Shown: positions 8,593 to 18,484 of the stretch, in pieces
How positions within the stretch are numbered: position 1 is the first letter of the stretch
Layout of the letters: each line of letters starts with the position of its first letter
Assembly (NCBI GenBank): GCA_017987725.1
Contig: JAGNTC010000002.1
Location: 1-45,023, forward strand
Direction: 5' to 3'
DNA length: 45,023 nt
DNA from: Flavobacterium sp.
GTDB taxonomy: Bacteria; Bacteroidota; Bacteroidia; Flavobacteriales; Flavobacteriaceae
Notes under the pieces: generated by a model
Databases searched by the model: none
Told to the model about the DNA's origin: nothing
What the model saw: only the letters and a program-made list of their open reading frames with translations
Program-made: the position numbers and the translations under genes

Positions 8593-10536
8593 CTAATTAT
8601 CTAAAGACTCAAACACCGAATTCATGCTGATGTATTCGGGAACCACTTTTTTCATCTGCATCACCAATTCATTATTTGTTCCCGTAGAGGACAATTGAAC
8701 CAATAGGCTAATTTCTGTTTGAATTTCGTTATGGTTTTCAATAATTTCTTCCGCAATTACAATTTTTTCGTTGTGCGTTGGAAGTGTTTTAGAGGTATCA
8801 TTGAGCAATTCTTCGTACAATTTTTCACCCGGGCGCAGACCAATCACTTTGATTTTAATGTCTTGCTCAGGTATAAAACCAGCCAATCGAATCATTTTTT
8901 TAGCTAAATCGATAATTTTTACCGGTTCGCCCATATCAAAAATAAAAATCTCCCCGCCATTTCCAATCGCTGCGGCCTCTAACACAAGCTGACAGGCCTC
9001 AGGAATAGTCATGAAATACCGAATAATTTCGGGATGGGTAATCGTCAACGGTCCACCTTCTTTGATTTGTTTGGCAAATAAGGGCACAATTGAACCATTG
9101 GAACCCAACACATTGCCAAAACGGGTAGTCATAAATTTGGTAGTATTGCCTTGGGCTTGCGATGACAAGTAATGCAAGCTTTGAATGTATTTTTCTGCAA
9201 TTCGTTTGCTGGCTCCCATCACATTACTCGGATTCACAGCTTTGTCTGTAGAAATCATCACAAAACGTTCAACTTGGAATTGAATGGACAAATCGGCTAA
9301 ATGTTGCGTGCCGATAACATTGGTACAAATCGCTTGCAACGGATTCAACTCCATCAAGGGCACATGTTTATAAGCCGCCGCATGAAATACAACATTTGGT
9401 TTATATTTATTGAAAAGCGTTTCTAAAACGGCTTTATTGCGGATATCTGCTATGTATGGCCGAATACTATCCCCGTATAAGTCATCCAATTCAAGAACCA
9501 ATTGATGCAAAGGCGTTTCCGCTTGATCCAATAAAATAATTTTTTTTGGGCCAAATTGAAGCACCTGTCGAACAATTTCGCTGCCAATCGAACCGGCTGC
9601 ACCCGTTACTAAAACTACCTTTTCATGTAATGTTGACGAGATATTATCTGTATTTAATACTATCGGCTTTCGACCCAATAAATCCTCAATATCAAAACTC
9701 TTTACCTGGTTTGAAATTTGTGCTTGGTCTTCCCAATCGGTGATTAATGGAACTGTATAAACTTTGAAATTGTATTCCAAACACTCCTCAACTAAAGCGA
9801 TGATGTCTGATTTAGACAAGCTTTTCTCAGCAATAATCAGCGCGTCTGCTTTTAATGAACGCAGTATGGTGTAGGTTTTTCTTGAATGATTGGCAATAGG
9901 CAAATTCAACAAACTCTTTCTAGAATTGTTGGTGTTATTGTTATTATCGATAAAACCCAACAGATTAAAGCGCGCTGGCATTTCGGTTTTCAATGCATTG
10001 GCTACCGAAATGGCATTGGCGTCCACACCATAAATAACGGCATTGATTCGTTTTTTTTGATCTTCGATAGAGGAATAGATTTCAAACAGGTACTTGACCA
10101 TAATTCGAAACAAAAAAAGGAAAGAAAACGCAAGGATATAATTGATAAACAGGGCGGAATTGAGGTACACTTTGTAGCCAAAGTTAAACTCCCAAAAATA
10201 GTTCATCACAAACAAAAATAGAAAAGCAGCTGTGGTGGAGAGCAGTAATTTCACCCCATCAATAAAAGTGGAGTGACGAATAATTCCTGAAAAGGTTCGA
10301 AAGAAAATAAAAAACATTGCATTGACTGCAATGATTCCTAAATTACCAAAGACAAGTACGGTTCCACTATGAAAATGAACCAGTAAATTAAGCAGTAAAA
10401 TATGTGTAATTACTCCCGATAAGACAACAATAAATAGGTCTATTATAAAAATAATCCAAATGGGCAAATAGCCAACCGTGCGGAGTTTTTTGAGTAAACC
10501 ACTGGATTTCAGCAGCGTTAAAAGGTAATCAAACAT
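8593..10536 (-). CDS. Membrane-bound UDP-GlcNAc 4,6-dehydratase (CapD/WbpM/PglF family)
   Basis: Four N-terminal transmembrane segments and motifs IEDLLGR, TGAAGSIGSE, HAAAYKHVP, STDKAV and RFGNVLGSNGS. Confidence 0.93.
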   Translation of the reverse strand: MFDYLLTLLKSSGLLKKLRTVGYLPIWIIFIIDLFIVVLSGVITHILLLNLLVHFHSGTVLVFGNLGIIAVNAMFFIFFRTFSGIIRHSTFIDGVKLLLSTTAAFLFLFVMNYFWEFNFGYKVYLNSALFINYILAFSFLFLFRIMVKYLFEIYSSIEDQKKRINAVIYGVDANAISVANALKTEMPARFNLLGFIDNNNNTNNSRKSLLNLPIANHSRKTYTILRSLKADALIIAEKSLSKSDIIALVEECLEYNFKVYTVPLITDWEDQAQISNQVKSFDIEDLLGRKPIVLNTDNISSTLHEKVVLVTGAAGSIGSEIVRQVLQFGPKKIILLDQAETPLHQLVLELDDLYGDSIRPYIADIRNKAVLETLFNKYKPNVVFHAAAYKHVPLMELNPLQAICTNVIGTQHLADLSIQFQVERFVMISTDKAVNPSNVMGASKRIAEKYIQSLHYLSSQAQGNTTKFMTTRFGNVLGSNGSIVPLFAKQIKEGGPLTITHPEIIRYFMTIPEACQLVLEAAAIGNGGEIFIFDMGEPVKIIDLAKKMIRLAGFIPEQDIKIKVIGLRPGEKLYEELLNDTSKTLPTHNEKIVIAEEIIENHNEIQTEISLLVQLSSTGTNNELVMQMKKVVPEYISMNSVFESLDN

Positions 10537-10559
10537 AAATCATTTGTAATTTGGGTAAA

Positions 10560-10567
10560 CAAATGTA
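10560..10567 (-). promoter_or_regulatory. Internal -7 promoter box upstream of the capD-wza-wzc block
   Basis: Minus-strand TACATTTG, 23 nt before the ATG, in one of the few intergenic gaps of the locus. Confidence 0.45.
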
Positions 10568-10598
10568 AACTTTTTCACCAAACCACCACCACATTTTT

Positions 10599-11738
10599 CT
10601 ATTTAAAGAAGTCAATCAGTACATTTTCAATTCGTTGGCGGTCGCTGTCTGTTAAATTTGAACCCGATGGCAAACACAATCCTTGGTCAAAAAGGGTTTC
10701 TGCAACACGGCCTCCGTAATAAGGATAGTGCGCAAAAACGGGTTGCAAATGCATGGGTTTCCAAAGCGGTCGAGATTCTATATTGTGCTGCTCAAAAGTC
10801 AAACGCAATTGTTCCCTCGTTTTTCCATTCGCTAGAGCTGGATCAATGGTAATGGCAGAAAGCCAATGATTTGAATAAAAATGACTGTTGGGCTCTTTCA
10901 ACACTTCAACTCCGGGTAATGTACCCAAGTGTGTTTCGTAAAAATCATGCATGGCTCTGCGCAAGTCAACATGCTTATCCAATATTTCCATTTGTCCTCT
11001 TCCAATACCGGCCGAAATATTACTCATTCTATAATTATAACCAATTTCAGAATGTTGGTAGTGTGGGGCTTGATCACGTGCTTGGGTGGCTAAAAAAACA
11101 GCTTTGTCTTTTACCGCTTGACTCTTTGTCACTAAAGCACCACCACCTGAGGTCGTGATTATTTTATTGCCATTAAACGAAAGCACACCAATTTCACCAA
11201 AAGTGCCACATTTTTGTCCTTTGTAAGAACTGCCTAATGCTTCTGCGCTGTCTTCTAATATTGGGATGTCATATTTGGCTGCTACTGCACATACTTCTTC
11301 TATCATAAAAGGCATTCCATACAAATGAACCGCAATAATCGCTTTTGGTTTTTTACCTTTTTGTATACAGTCTTCTATGGCTTGCTCTAAAGCTACTGGG
11401 CAGATATTCCATGTGTTTTTTTCGCTGTCAACAAAAACAGGTTTTGCCCCAAGATATACAATAGGATTGGCCGAAGCCGAGAAGGTAAAGCTCTGGCAAA
11501 TTACTTCGTCACCCGCTTGCACGCCCAGCAAAATCAAACCCAAATGCAAGGCAGCTGTACCTGCACTCAAGGCTGCAATTTGCGAATCTTGTCCAACATA
11601 GTTTGCCAAATCAGCTTCAAAACCGGTTACGTTGGGGCCCAAAGGCGCAACCCAGTTACTTTCAAATGCCTCGTGTATGTAATTCAATTCGGTTCCTCCC
11701 ATGTGCGGAGAAGAGAGCCATATTTTGGATGAATTCAT
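10599..11738 (-). CDS. DegT/DnrJ/EryC1/StrS PLP-dependent sugar aminotransferase (PglE/EpsN-like)
   Basis: Motifs WLSSPHMG, GTAALHL, EDSAEALG, SFNGNKIITTSGGG, GYNYRMSN and LPSGS. Confidence 0.93.
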   Translation of the reverse strand: MNSSKIWLSSPHMGGTELNYIHEAFESNWVAPLGPNVTGFEADLANYVGQDSQIAALSAGTAALHLGLILLGVQAGDEVICQSFTFSASANPIVYLGAKPVFVDSEKNTWNICPVALEQAIEDCIQKGKKPKAIIAVHLYGMPFMIEEVCAVAAKYDIPILEDSAEALGSSYKGQKCGTFGEIGVLSFNGNKIITTSGGGALVTKSQAVKDKAVFLATQARDQAPHYQHSEIGYNYRMSNISAGIGRGQMEILDKHVDLRRAMHDFYETHLGTLPGVEVLKEPNSHFYSNHWLSAITIDPALANGKTREQLRLTFEQHNIESRPLWKPMHLQPVFAHYPYYGGRVAETLFDQGLCLPSGSNLTDSDRQRIENVLIDFFK

Positions 11739-11761
11739 TTTTAAATGAAAAAATTTATGCG

Positions 11762-12406
11762 TTAAACGGGAAAAAGAATTGGAAGCACTTGTTCCAATTT
11801 ATCAATAGTCGTGCGGGGTAAATATAGGGATTCTTTGTTAAAATCTTGTTTGTGGATGTTATTTCCGCTATCCAACAGACAGATAGAATGCCAGCCAAGC
11901 GCATTGGGAGCAACAAAATCCTTAGACGGATTATCGGCTATATAATAGTATTCTGCTGTGCCAAACTGATGAAACACTTCGAAATTGGCGGTTGTGGGTT
12001 TGGCAGAACCAAATTCTTCTGAGATGATCATAAGGTCAAATAATTCTTCAATTCCCAAGGCTTTTAATTTAGAGCGTTGTGAAACCGAATACCCATCGGT
12101 CACCAATCCCAAGACACAATCTTTTGCTTTGAGTTGTTCCAACAGGGATTTGCAAGAATTTTCAAGATAGTTCGGAGAATGATTTCGGTAGAGCTGCAGC
12201 AAATTAGGTACAGTATACTGATGATATAATTCGTTTAGGCAAGCAAATGGGTTGTTTTTGGATTGATAGGCATCCCATAATAAAGCATACAGATTAGAAT
12301 TTTTTTCGTCCACCGTTTGGGCAATGTCTCGAAAAGCAGATTTGAGGTACTCAATTTCGGGAGCCAAGGTGTCGTCTAAATCAAAAACAACGGTTTTTGA
12401 AATCAT
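11762..12406 (-). CDS. HAD-superfamily phosphatase
   Basis: Motif I FDLDDTL, motif II LVTDG, motif III SAKP and motif IV YIADNPSKD. ATG 12406 sits just after the upstream stop. Confidence 0.88.
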   Translation of the reverse strand: MISKTVVFDLDDTLAPEIEYLKSAFRDIAQTVDEKNSNLYALLWDAYQSKNNPFACLNELYHQYTVPNLLQLYRNHSPNYLENSCKSLLEQLKAKDCVLGLVTDGYSVSQRSKLKALGIEELFDLMIISEEFGSAKPTTANFEVFHQFGTAEYYYIADNPSKDFVAPNALGWHSICLLDSGNNIHKQDFNKESLYLPRTTIDKLEQVLPILFPV

Positions 12407-12407
12407 C

Positions 12408-13379
12408 TTAGTGGGTAAAATTGGGCACAATCACCTCGTGGTCATACCGAAGCATCATCATGTTTTTTTGCCAATCGTGGAAAACGGCTACCTCATTTCC
12501 TACCAAATATTCTTCGATTATCCATTTGGGATAATTGGCGCCAGCATGGTAACTCAATGGAAACCCACCGCCAAAACGCGGATTGATTTCAATGGCATAA
12601 ATGGTTTGGTTGTCATTTTGCACAAATACTTGCATGGTGATACAACCTCTAAAGCCGTCAACAAATTCCATTTTTCGCCAAATGGAATCAATAAATTCGG
12701 GATTTTTAGTAATGGCTTTATTTACTTCGCCTTCCCTAACTTCGATACGTTCACGCGGTACCGCACATTTTAAATATCCGTCTTTGGTGTAATACATATC
12801 GATGGTTAATTCGGTATGCTTGGCATGATCGAGGTATTCTAAAAACATCAAGCGTTCATTCGAAAAATGCTTTTCAGTGAAATCATCGTGGTGGTGTACA
12901 ATAAAATTATCCACACTTCGACTGCCATCTATTGGCTTAATGTAAACAGGTAAGGTATAATTATTTTTATCAAATTCTTTGGCGGTTTCAATCCCTTGTT
13001 TTTCGAAAAAATGGTGGGATAATCGCTTAAAATGAAACGTATTGACCAATTCAAAATCAGAGATAAGAACGGTGATGCCTTGCTGAGCAAACAGCTCTTT
13101 GTTTTGAGATAATACCAGTAACTCGGTATCTATTGTAGGAATAATAAGCCCAATTTGGTTGGCAATGGCAACTGCCAATAAATCGGCAATGTAATTGGAA
13201 GAACATACTTTAGGAACCCGAAAACAGCCATCAGACACCACACAAGCAGCTGCATAATCTGGGTTTGAATCTGTGGTAAACACTTGCGCACCCGGGTAGA
13301 TTAGGTTGAGTTCGTGTTGGAAGAATTTCACCAAGGAAACTCGCCTACCTGCCGACGTGATTAATATATTTTTATTCAT
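12408..13379 (-). CDS. ATP-grasp fold protein (carbamoyl-phosphate-synthase-like), putative amide ligase
   Basis: Motifs ILITSAGRR, IIPTIDTEL, YIKPIDGSRS, FLEYL and AIEINPRFGGG. Confidence 0.85.
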   Translation of the reverse strand: MNKNILITSAGRRVSLVKFFQHELNLIYPGAQVFTTDSNPDYAAACVVSDGCFRVPKVCSSNYIADLLAVAIANQIGLIIPTIDTELLVLSQNKELFAQQGITVLISDFELVNTFHFKRLSHHFFEKQGIETAKEFDKNNYTLPVYIKPIDGSRSVDNFIVHHHDDFTEKHFSNERLMFLEYLDHAKHTELTIDMYYTKDGYLKCAVPRERIEVREGEVNKAITKNPEFIDSIWRKMEFVDGFRGCITMQVFVQNDNQTIYAIEINPRFGGGFPLSYHAGANYPKWIIEEYLVGNEVAVFHDWQKNMMMLRYDHEVIVPNFTH

Positions 13380-13984
13380 CAGTTTTTCCCGTTAAAAGGC
13401 TCAATCGTAGCTGCATTAGCCGCATTAATTCCCTCACTTTTAAGCACTTTTCCTATGGTTTTAAAAAATATGTTAAGGTCCAAAGGAAAAGAAATATTAG
13501 TAACATACCAAACATCGTATTCAAATTTTTGATCCCAAGAAATGGCGTTGCGTCCATTCACTTGTGCCCAACCCGTAATTCCAGGCTTTACCTCGTGTCT
13601 TTTGTTCTGAAAATCAGTGTATAAATGCAAATAATCCGGCAATAAAGGACGTGGACCAATGAGACTCATGTCGCCTTTGAGTACGTTAAGAAATTGTGGT
13701 ATTTCATCCAGGGAAAACTTTCGTACAAATTTTCCCACAAGGGTAAGGCGTTCCGCATCAGGCAATAAACGACCGTTAGCATCCCGCAAGTCGTTCATGG
13801 TTTTGAATTTAATGATCTTAAAAATACGTTGGTTTTTGCCGGGTCGCTGCTGAATAAAAAAAGGAGTCCCTTGATTGGCTATGGCTAAAAAAAGAGCAAT
13901 AAAAACCAAAATAGGCAGCAACAAGAGCAGCACGGCAGCAGCAAAACAAAAATCGCCAAATGGTTTAATTACTTGTATATACAT
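13379..13984 (-). CDS. Initiating phosphoglycosyl transferase (PglC/EpsL-type sugar transferase)
   Basis: Motifs FKIIKFKTM, SLDEIPQ, GDMSLIGPRP, KPGITGWAQVNGRN and DVWY. Confidence 0.93.
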   Translation of the reverse strand: MYIQVIKPFGDFCFAAAVLLLLLPILVFIALFLAIANQGTPFFIQQRPGKNQRIFKIIKFKTMNDLRDANGRLLPDAERLTLVGKFVRKFSLDEIPQFLNVLKGDMSLIGPRPLLPDYLHLYTDFQNKRHEVKPGITGWAQVNGRNAISWDQKFEYDVWYVTNISFPLDLNIFFKTIGKVLKSEGINAANAATIEPFNGKN

Positions 13985-13986
13985 TA

Positions 13987-15135
13987 TTATTTTGGGCTAT
14001 TTAATACCCTATTGTATTCCTTGTTAATTGCATTCCAAACCAAATCTTGCTTGTATTTTGAATGGATGTGCTCTCGAATTTCTTGCTTTAATTCCGCACT
14101 TGCTTTTCCCTTTTCAAGAAATGCAAGCATGGCTTGTTCTAGTGCTTGTACCTGTTTAACCGGCACGATTGTCCCATTTTTACCCTCTTGAATAATTTCA
14201 TTGGATCCGTTAACATCCGTTACAATACTTGGCAAACCCATTGCTCCACCTTGCAACAACACATTTGGAAATCCCTCGCGGTAACTGGGTAATACTAAGC
14301 AATCTGCAGCGGCATAATAGGGCCTAACATCGGCTTGAAAGCCCACAAATATAATGTTTTCATTTGTTTCAATCGCACGAATTGTTTCGGTTTTTAAGGG
14401 GTCAAGTTTAGATTCTAAATATCCTACTATCAATAACTTAGCTTTTTTTGACTGCAACTCGGGTGCAGTAAAGGCCGAAATCAACTCATTGATTCCCTTG
14501 TCGCCAACCAAGCGTCCGACATACAAAAAAACATAGTTGGAGGGGTTAATCTCCAACGAATTACGAATCGCTTGTTGCTCTGTTTGTGTGGGTATGGTAA
14601 AGTAATTGGTGTCCACACCCGTGATGTTTCCATTGGCAATAAGGCGTAATGGTTTTTGGGTTACCCCATAGCGAATTAAATCCGAACGAACGCCATTTCC
14701 TTCGGGATAAACATGCGTGGCAAAGGCACACAAAATGCGATCCATTTGCAAAAGCAACAGATGAGACAGCCCTGTTTTGGTTGGAAAAATTAACCCAGTG
14801 AATAGATGTATCCGAATCGGAACGCCTGCAAAATAAGCTGCTACCATACTCAATAAACCCGCTTTGGGTGAAACCGAATGCACAATGGCCGGCTTTTCTT
14901 TTTTGAAAGCCCGGTACAATCGATACAAAGAAACTACATCTTGAAATGGACGAATGGCGCGCTGCATGGGCACCGAAATGGTTCGCACCCCTTCGCGTTC
15001 CCGAACAGCTTGCAAGTGATGGTCTTCACCAGAAACCGCAATTATTTCGTGCGATTGGTTTAAATAGGCCAATTGCCCCTTCAATAAATCATTGAGGGTA
15101 ATGGCTACCGTTGCTGTACGAATAATTTTGGCCAT
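13987..15135 (-). CDS. Glycosyltransferase family 4 (PglA/CapM-like)
   Basis: Motifs VGRLVGDKG and LPSYREGFPNVLLQ. Confidence 0.9.
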   Translation of the reverse strand: MAKIIRTATVAITLNDLLKGQLAYLNQSHEIIAVSGEDHHLQAVREREGVRTISVPMQRAIRPFQDVVSLYRLYRAFKKEKPAIVHSVSPKAGLLSMVAAYFAGVPIRIHLFTGLIFPTKTGLSHLLLLQMDRILCAFATHVYPEGNGVRSDLIRYGVTQKPLRLIANGNITGVDTNYFTIPTQTEQQAIRNSLEINPSNYVFLYVGRLVGDKGINELISAFTAPELQSKKAKLLIVGYLESKLDPLKTETIRAIETNENIIFVGFQADVRPYYAAADCLVLPSYREGFPNVLLQGGAMGLPSIVTDVNGSNEIIQEGKNGTIVPVKQVQALEQAMLAFLEKGKASAELKQEIREHIHSKYKQDLVWNAINKEYNRVLNSPK

Positions 15136-15136
15136 T

Positions 15137-16468
15137 TTATCCGATTAGGGTTTTTAATTCGGCCAACAATTCTGCACGTTTGAGTTGCAAAAGCTCATTT
15201 TGTTCAGCCAATTGTGTTTGAATATGCGCGTGCGATGCTTTTAAAGTGGCAAACATATTTACTAATTTATCGGCTGAAACCGATTCAATAGGAATGGTAT
15301 ACTCAGGCATATTGAAGTCGGCCATGATGCCTTTGGCTTTGTTTCCACCGTAGCCAATTGCAATCGACGGCACACAAGAAGTCAAAGAAAAAATCACCGA
15401 ATGAAAACGCGTTCCCACAAAGGCATAAAAATGGGAATAGACTGCCTTTAACACATCACAAGGTAAGTTTTCATCGATCCAATGCGCGGCAGGATGATTC
15501 CACTCTTTTAAAATTTCACGAATCGCATTGCGATCGTCTTCGTGGGCATTGGGTCCAATGGATTGGTTGCAAAACACCACTTGGTAACCCGATTCAACCA
15601 AATGCTGGGCCAAAGTTCGCACCGATTGCAGGTAATTGGCATACAAACTTTCTGGATCAGGCAAACCTGGGAAACGCCAAGGGCGTATGGTAATGCCGAC
15701 CAGTTTTTGTGTTGAGGGATCTAAATTGTATCGAGTAAGCAACTGCAATGCTTCAGCTGACGCATCCATTTGCAAATAAAATCCCAAATCGGGACTTATC
15801 GGTATTGATTTACCCATTAATTCACCCAATTTTTGAGCAGAAAGGGCTTCGCGCGCATATACTTTATCGAGTGTAGCAAATACCGATTTGACTTGCTTGG
15901 CTACTGTAAATCCTTGAAATGGACCATATGAATTGGGTAAAAACACGACTTTTTTACCCAAGGCCTTTCCCAAACGCACATAAAACAAGAAAAACCACAT
16001 GAGATAAGGGGCCGTTTTTTCGCCATAAGCATGAATAAATCCCCCACCTTTTACAAATAAGACCTCGGCCGAGCGAAATTGACGCACCGATTGGGCTGTT
16101 TGTTTTGAATAGAAAAAAGAGACCAGAGCGTCGGATTTACAAATGAGCAACAAAAACCATTGGCTGCAAAAATCGAGCACCGCCCGAAAGGCCAAACGCG
16201 CAAATGAGGTTAAAGATTCTTGAATCACCTCAGTTTCATTGTGATTGCCTCGTCTGGGATGTTTGAGCAAGGTTTCCACAAGTTGATACCCCTTTGCTTC
16301 TGATTGGCCGCACAACAATTCGCGTTCTTGTGCTGTATCGCCGGTACTAACAATGTAAATTTGATCAAAACAATTCGTATCCTGAACCAAACGATGCGTT
16401 TCCCAAACCAAGGCTTGATCTCCTTTGTTTAAATCGGTAACTCCCGGAACGATGATGGCGGTGCGCAT
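15137..16468 (-). CDS. Polysaccharide pyruvyltransferase family (WcaK-like)
   Basis: Motifs NKGDQA, KGGGF, SYGPF, YARE, PDLGF and GTRFHS. Confidence 0.85.
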   Translation of the reverse strand: MRTAIIVPGVTDLNKGDQALVWETHRLVQDTNCFDQIYIVSTGDTAQERELLCGQSEAKGYQLVETLLKHPRRGNHNETEVIQESLTSFARLAFRAVLDFCSQWFLLLICKSDALVSFFYSKQTAQSVRQFRSAEVLFVKGGGFIHAYGEKTAPYLMWFFLFYVRLGKALGKKVVFLPNSYGPFQGFTVAKQVKSVFATLDKVYAREALSAQKLGELMGKSIPISPDLGFYLQMDASAEALQLLTRYNLDPSTQKLVGITIRPWRFPGLPDPESLYANYLQSVRTLAQHLVESGYQVVFCNQSIGPNAHEDDRNAIREILKEWNHPAAHWIDENLPCDVLKAVYSHFYAFVGTRFHSVIFSLTSCVPSIAIGYGGNKAKGIMADFNMPEYTIPIESVSADKLVNMFATLKASHAHIQTQLAEQNELLQLKRAELLAELKTLIG

Positions 16469-16469
16469 G

Positions 16470-17357
16470 TTATTTTCGGATGGATTTTTGAGTGCTGAAT
16501 TGAATGTATAAATTGAGGGCTATTCCAAAGGGAAAAGCCAGTAAAACCGTTCCTTTATAAGCTGTTTTGGCAAACATTTTATAGTCTTTGGCAAACAGCG
16601 ACGAAGATACATAATGAATGGCATTGCGGAACCGCTCTTGGTAATTTAACGCAAACTTCATCTTGGCCAAACGGTAATGCGCATAGGACTTTGGGCTTTG
16701 TTTGTATTGTTTAAACAAGTTCATCGTCAAGCCATCGGGCAAGTATTCGACGATACAAAACACCTCGTTGCAAATGAGTAATTGGTGTTTTTGCTCGATA
16801 AACAAATACAAATAACTGGTCACGGAATATTTTTCGCCTTCAAAAAAAGTATAGGGCAAATATTGATTAAAAACGGCTCGGTTGTGCACAAATTTGACAT
16901 CGCCGGCCAAGTTGTGTTTTACGTATAATTCAGAAAATTTACAGGCTTTGATAGTGGGCAAAGGCGCTATGATTTTTCCATCGGCAAAAGCATCTAAGCC
17001 AACAATTCCTGCATATTCGGGCGATCCGTGTTGATCCCAAAAGGCAAGTATTTTTTGGATGGCATCCGTTGGCATATAATCGTCGGAGTCAATGCAAACA
17101 CATAAAGGTGTTGTCATGAGGTGATGCGCCGTATTGTGCGCCCCCACCATGCCTTTATTTTCTTGGTAATGATAGTTGATTTTTATTTTGTTTTCAGCAA
17201 TAAATCGATGCACCAATTGAGCAGTATCGTCGGAAGAGCCATCATCAATTACCAGCCACTCGAAATCAGGATTGGTTTGCGCACATAAACTAGTGTACAG
17301 CCGCTCCAAAATATAGGCTCTGTTGTAGGTGGGCGTAAATACAGTAATTGCTTTCAT
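16470..17357 (-). CDS. Glycosyltransferase family 2
   Basis: Motifs VFTPTYNRA, IDDGSSD and CIDSDD. Confidence 0.92.
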   Translation of the reverse strand: MKAITVFTPTYNRAYILERLYTSLCAQTNPDFEWLVIDDGSSDDTAQLVHRFIAENKIKINYHYQENKGMVGAHNTAHHLMTTPLCVCIDSDDYMPTDAIQKILAFWDQHGSPEYAGIVGLDAFADGKIIAPLPTIKACKFSELYVKHNLAGDVKFVHNRAVFNQYLPYTFFEGEKYSVTSYLYLFIEQKHQLLICNEVFCIVEYLPDGLTMNLFKQYKQSPKSYAHYRLAKMKFALNYQERFRNAIHYVSSSLFAKDYKMFAKTAYKGTVLLAFPFGIALNLYIQFSTQKSIRK

Positions 17358-18473
17358 TTACTTGGCTTTTACGAGCAATACATTCAACACATAGGTAAAG
17401 ACAAAATAAATAAAAATAATGCGCCCAATAATCAAGTGTTGTTTATCAAATAGTTGTTTTTTCAAAAGCGGATAAATAATTACAACTCCCAATAAAAACC
17501 AAGACAAATACGCAAATCGATTGGAAAACGACGCCCGAATTACCAACACCCAAAAGGCGTTTACCAACAAATAAATGTTATACACTTGGGTATATAATTT
17601 ATCCTCTATTTTTTTAACAAAAATAAAGTACCATCCCGCAAAAACGCCAGTAGCACTGTACAACAAGAAATCCCATCGAAAGCCCAACGAGCTAAATTGG
17701 TCGTTGAATTCTTCTCCCCCACCCAACAAATAATCGGCTACTTTATCATTGGCAAATACACCCAAGTTCAAAAACAGCGTTTCAAAGAATCCTCCTAGCA
17801 GCAACGACGATGGTATAGCCAACAACCAAATACGCAAATAATTGGCATAGTCACGGTGTACAAAGGTAATGCCATAGGCGATCAACACAATAAACATGGA
17901 CTTGTGTATAAAATAGGTGCTACCAATAATTAGTAGCGAGAAAATAAAATTTTTCCTTGAGATTCCCAACAAAAACACCGAAGTAGCTAGACCGTTCCGT
18001 ATCCCATTGACTCCATAGCCCCAAAAAGACAGGGAAATAACCAACATCAAAAAGGCGTAAAACCAATAGTCTTCGAATACCTTTTTGGCAAATAAATACA
18101 AGGGAATTACATACAAAGCCGCACATACCATAAAATAAACTTCCACAGTCATGATACCCGAGCAGTACTTGGAAAAGAATTCAAACAACAAATCTTTATT
18201 GGTTGTCAAATCAACGGGATCGCCGGCCTTGTATTTATCAAAATTAAACGCGTAGGTTGACATGTCGGCAAAGTACTTCCCGCTAATGGGTCGCGAACCC
18301 ATGTACAAAATAATCAACACCAACAAACCCAAGCCAATATTACTCTTGATACGCACGTTGGCGTAATCGGTAAGTTCTACCGTAGCGGATTGTAATATTA
18401 CCAAGATTACAAATACTAAAAGAAAGTTATAGTATAGTGTGGAATAGATCTCAACAGGAATTAATTCATTCAC
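17358..18473 (-). CDS. wzy: EpsG-family protein, probable Wzy polymerase
   Basis: About 10 transmembrane segments, NGIRNGLA, FIHKS and SNRFAY; the best polymerase candidate in a locus that has a Wzx. Start uncertain (GTG 18473; the ORF track gives 18518). Confidence 0.75.
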   Translation of the reverse strand: MNELIPVEIYSTLYYNFLLVFVILVILQSATVELTDYANVRIKSNIGLGLLVLIILYMGSRPISGKYFADMSTYAFNFDKYKAGDPVDLTTNKDLLFEFFSKYCSGIMTVEVYFMVCAALYVIPLYLFAKKVFEDYWFYAFLMLVISLSFWGYGVNGIRNGLATSVFLLGISRKNFIFSLLIIGSTYFIHKSMFIVLIAYGITFVHRDYANYLRIWLLAIPSSLLLGGFFETLFLNLGVFANDKVADYLLGGGEEFNDQFSSLGFRWDFLLYSATGVFAGWYFIFVKKIEDKLYTQVYNIYLLVNAFWVLVIRASFSNRFAYLSWFLLGVVIIYPLLKKQLFDKQHLIIGRIIFIYFVFTYVLNVLLVKAK

Positions 18474-18484
18474 AAGCCTAGAGG

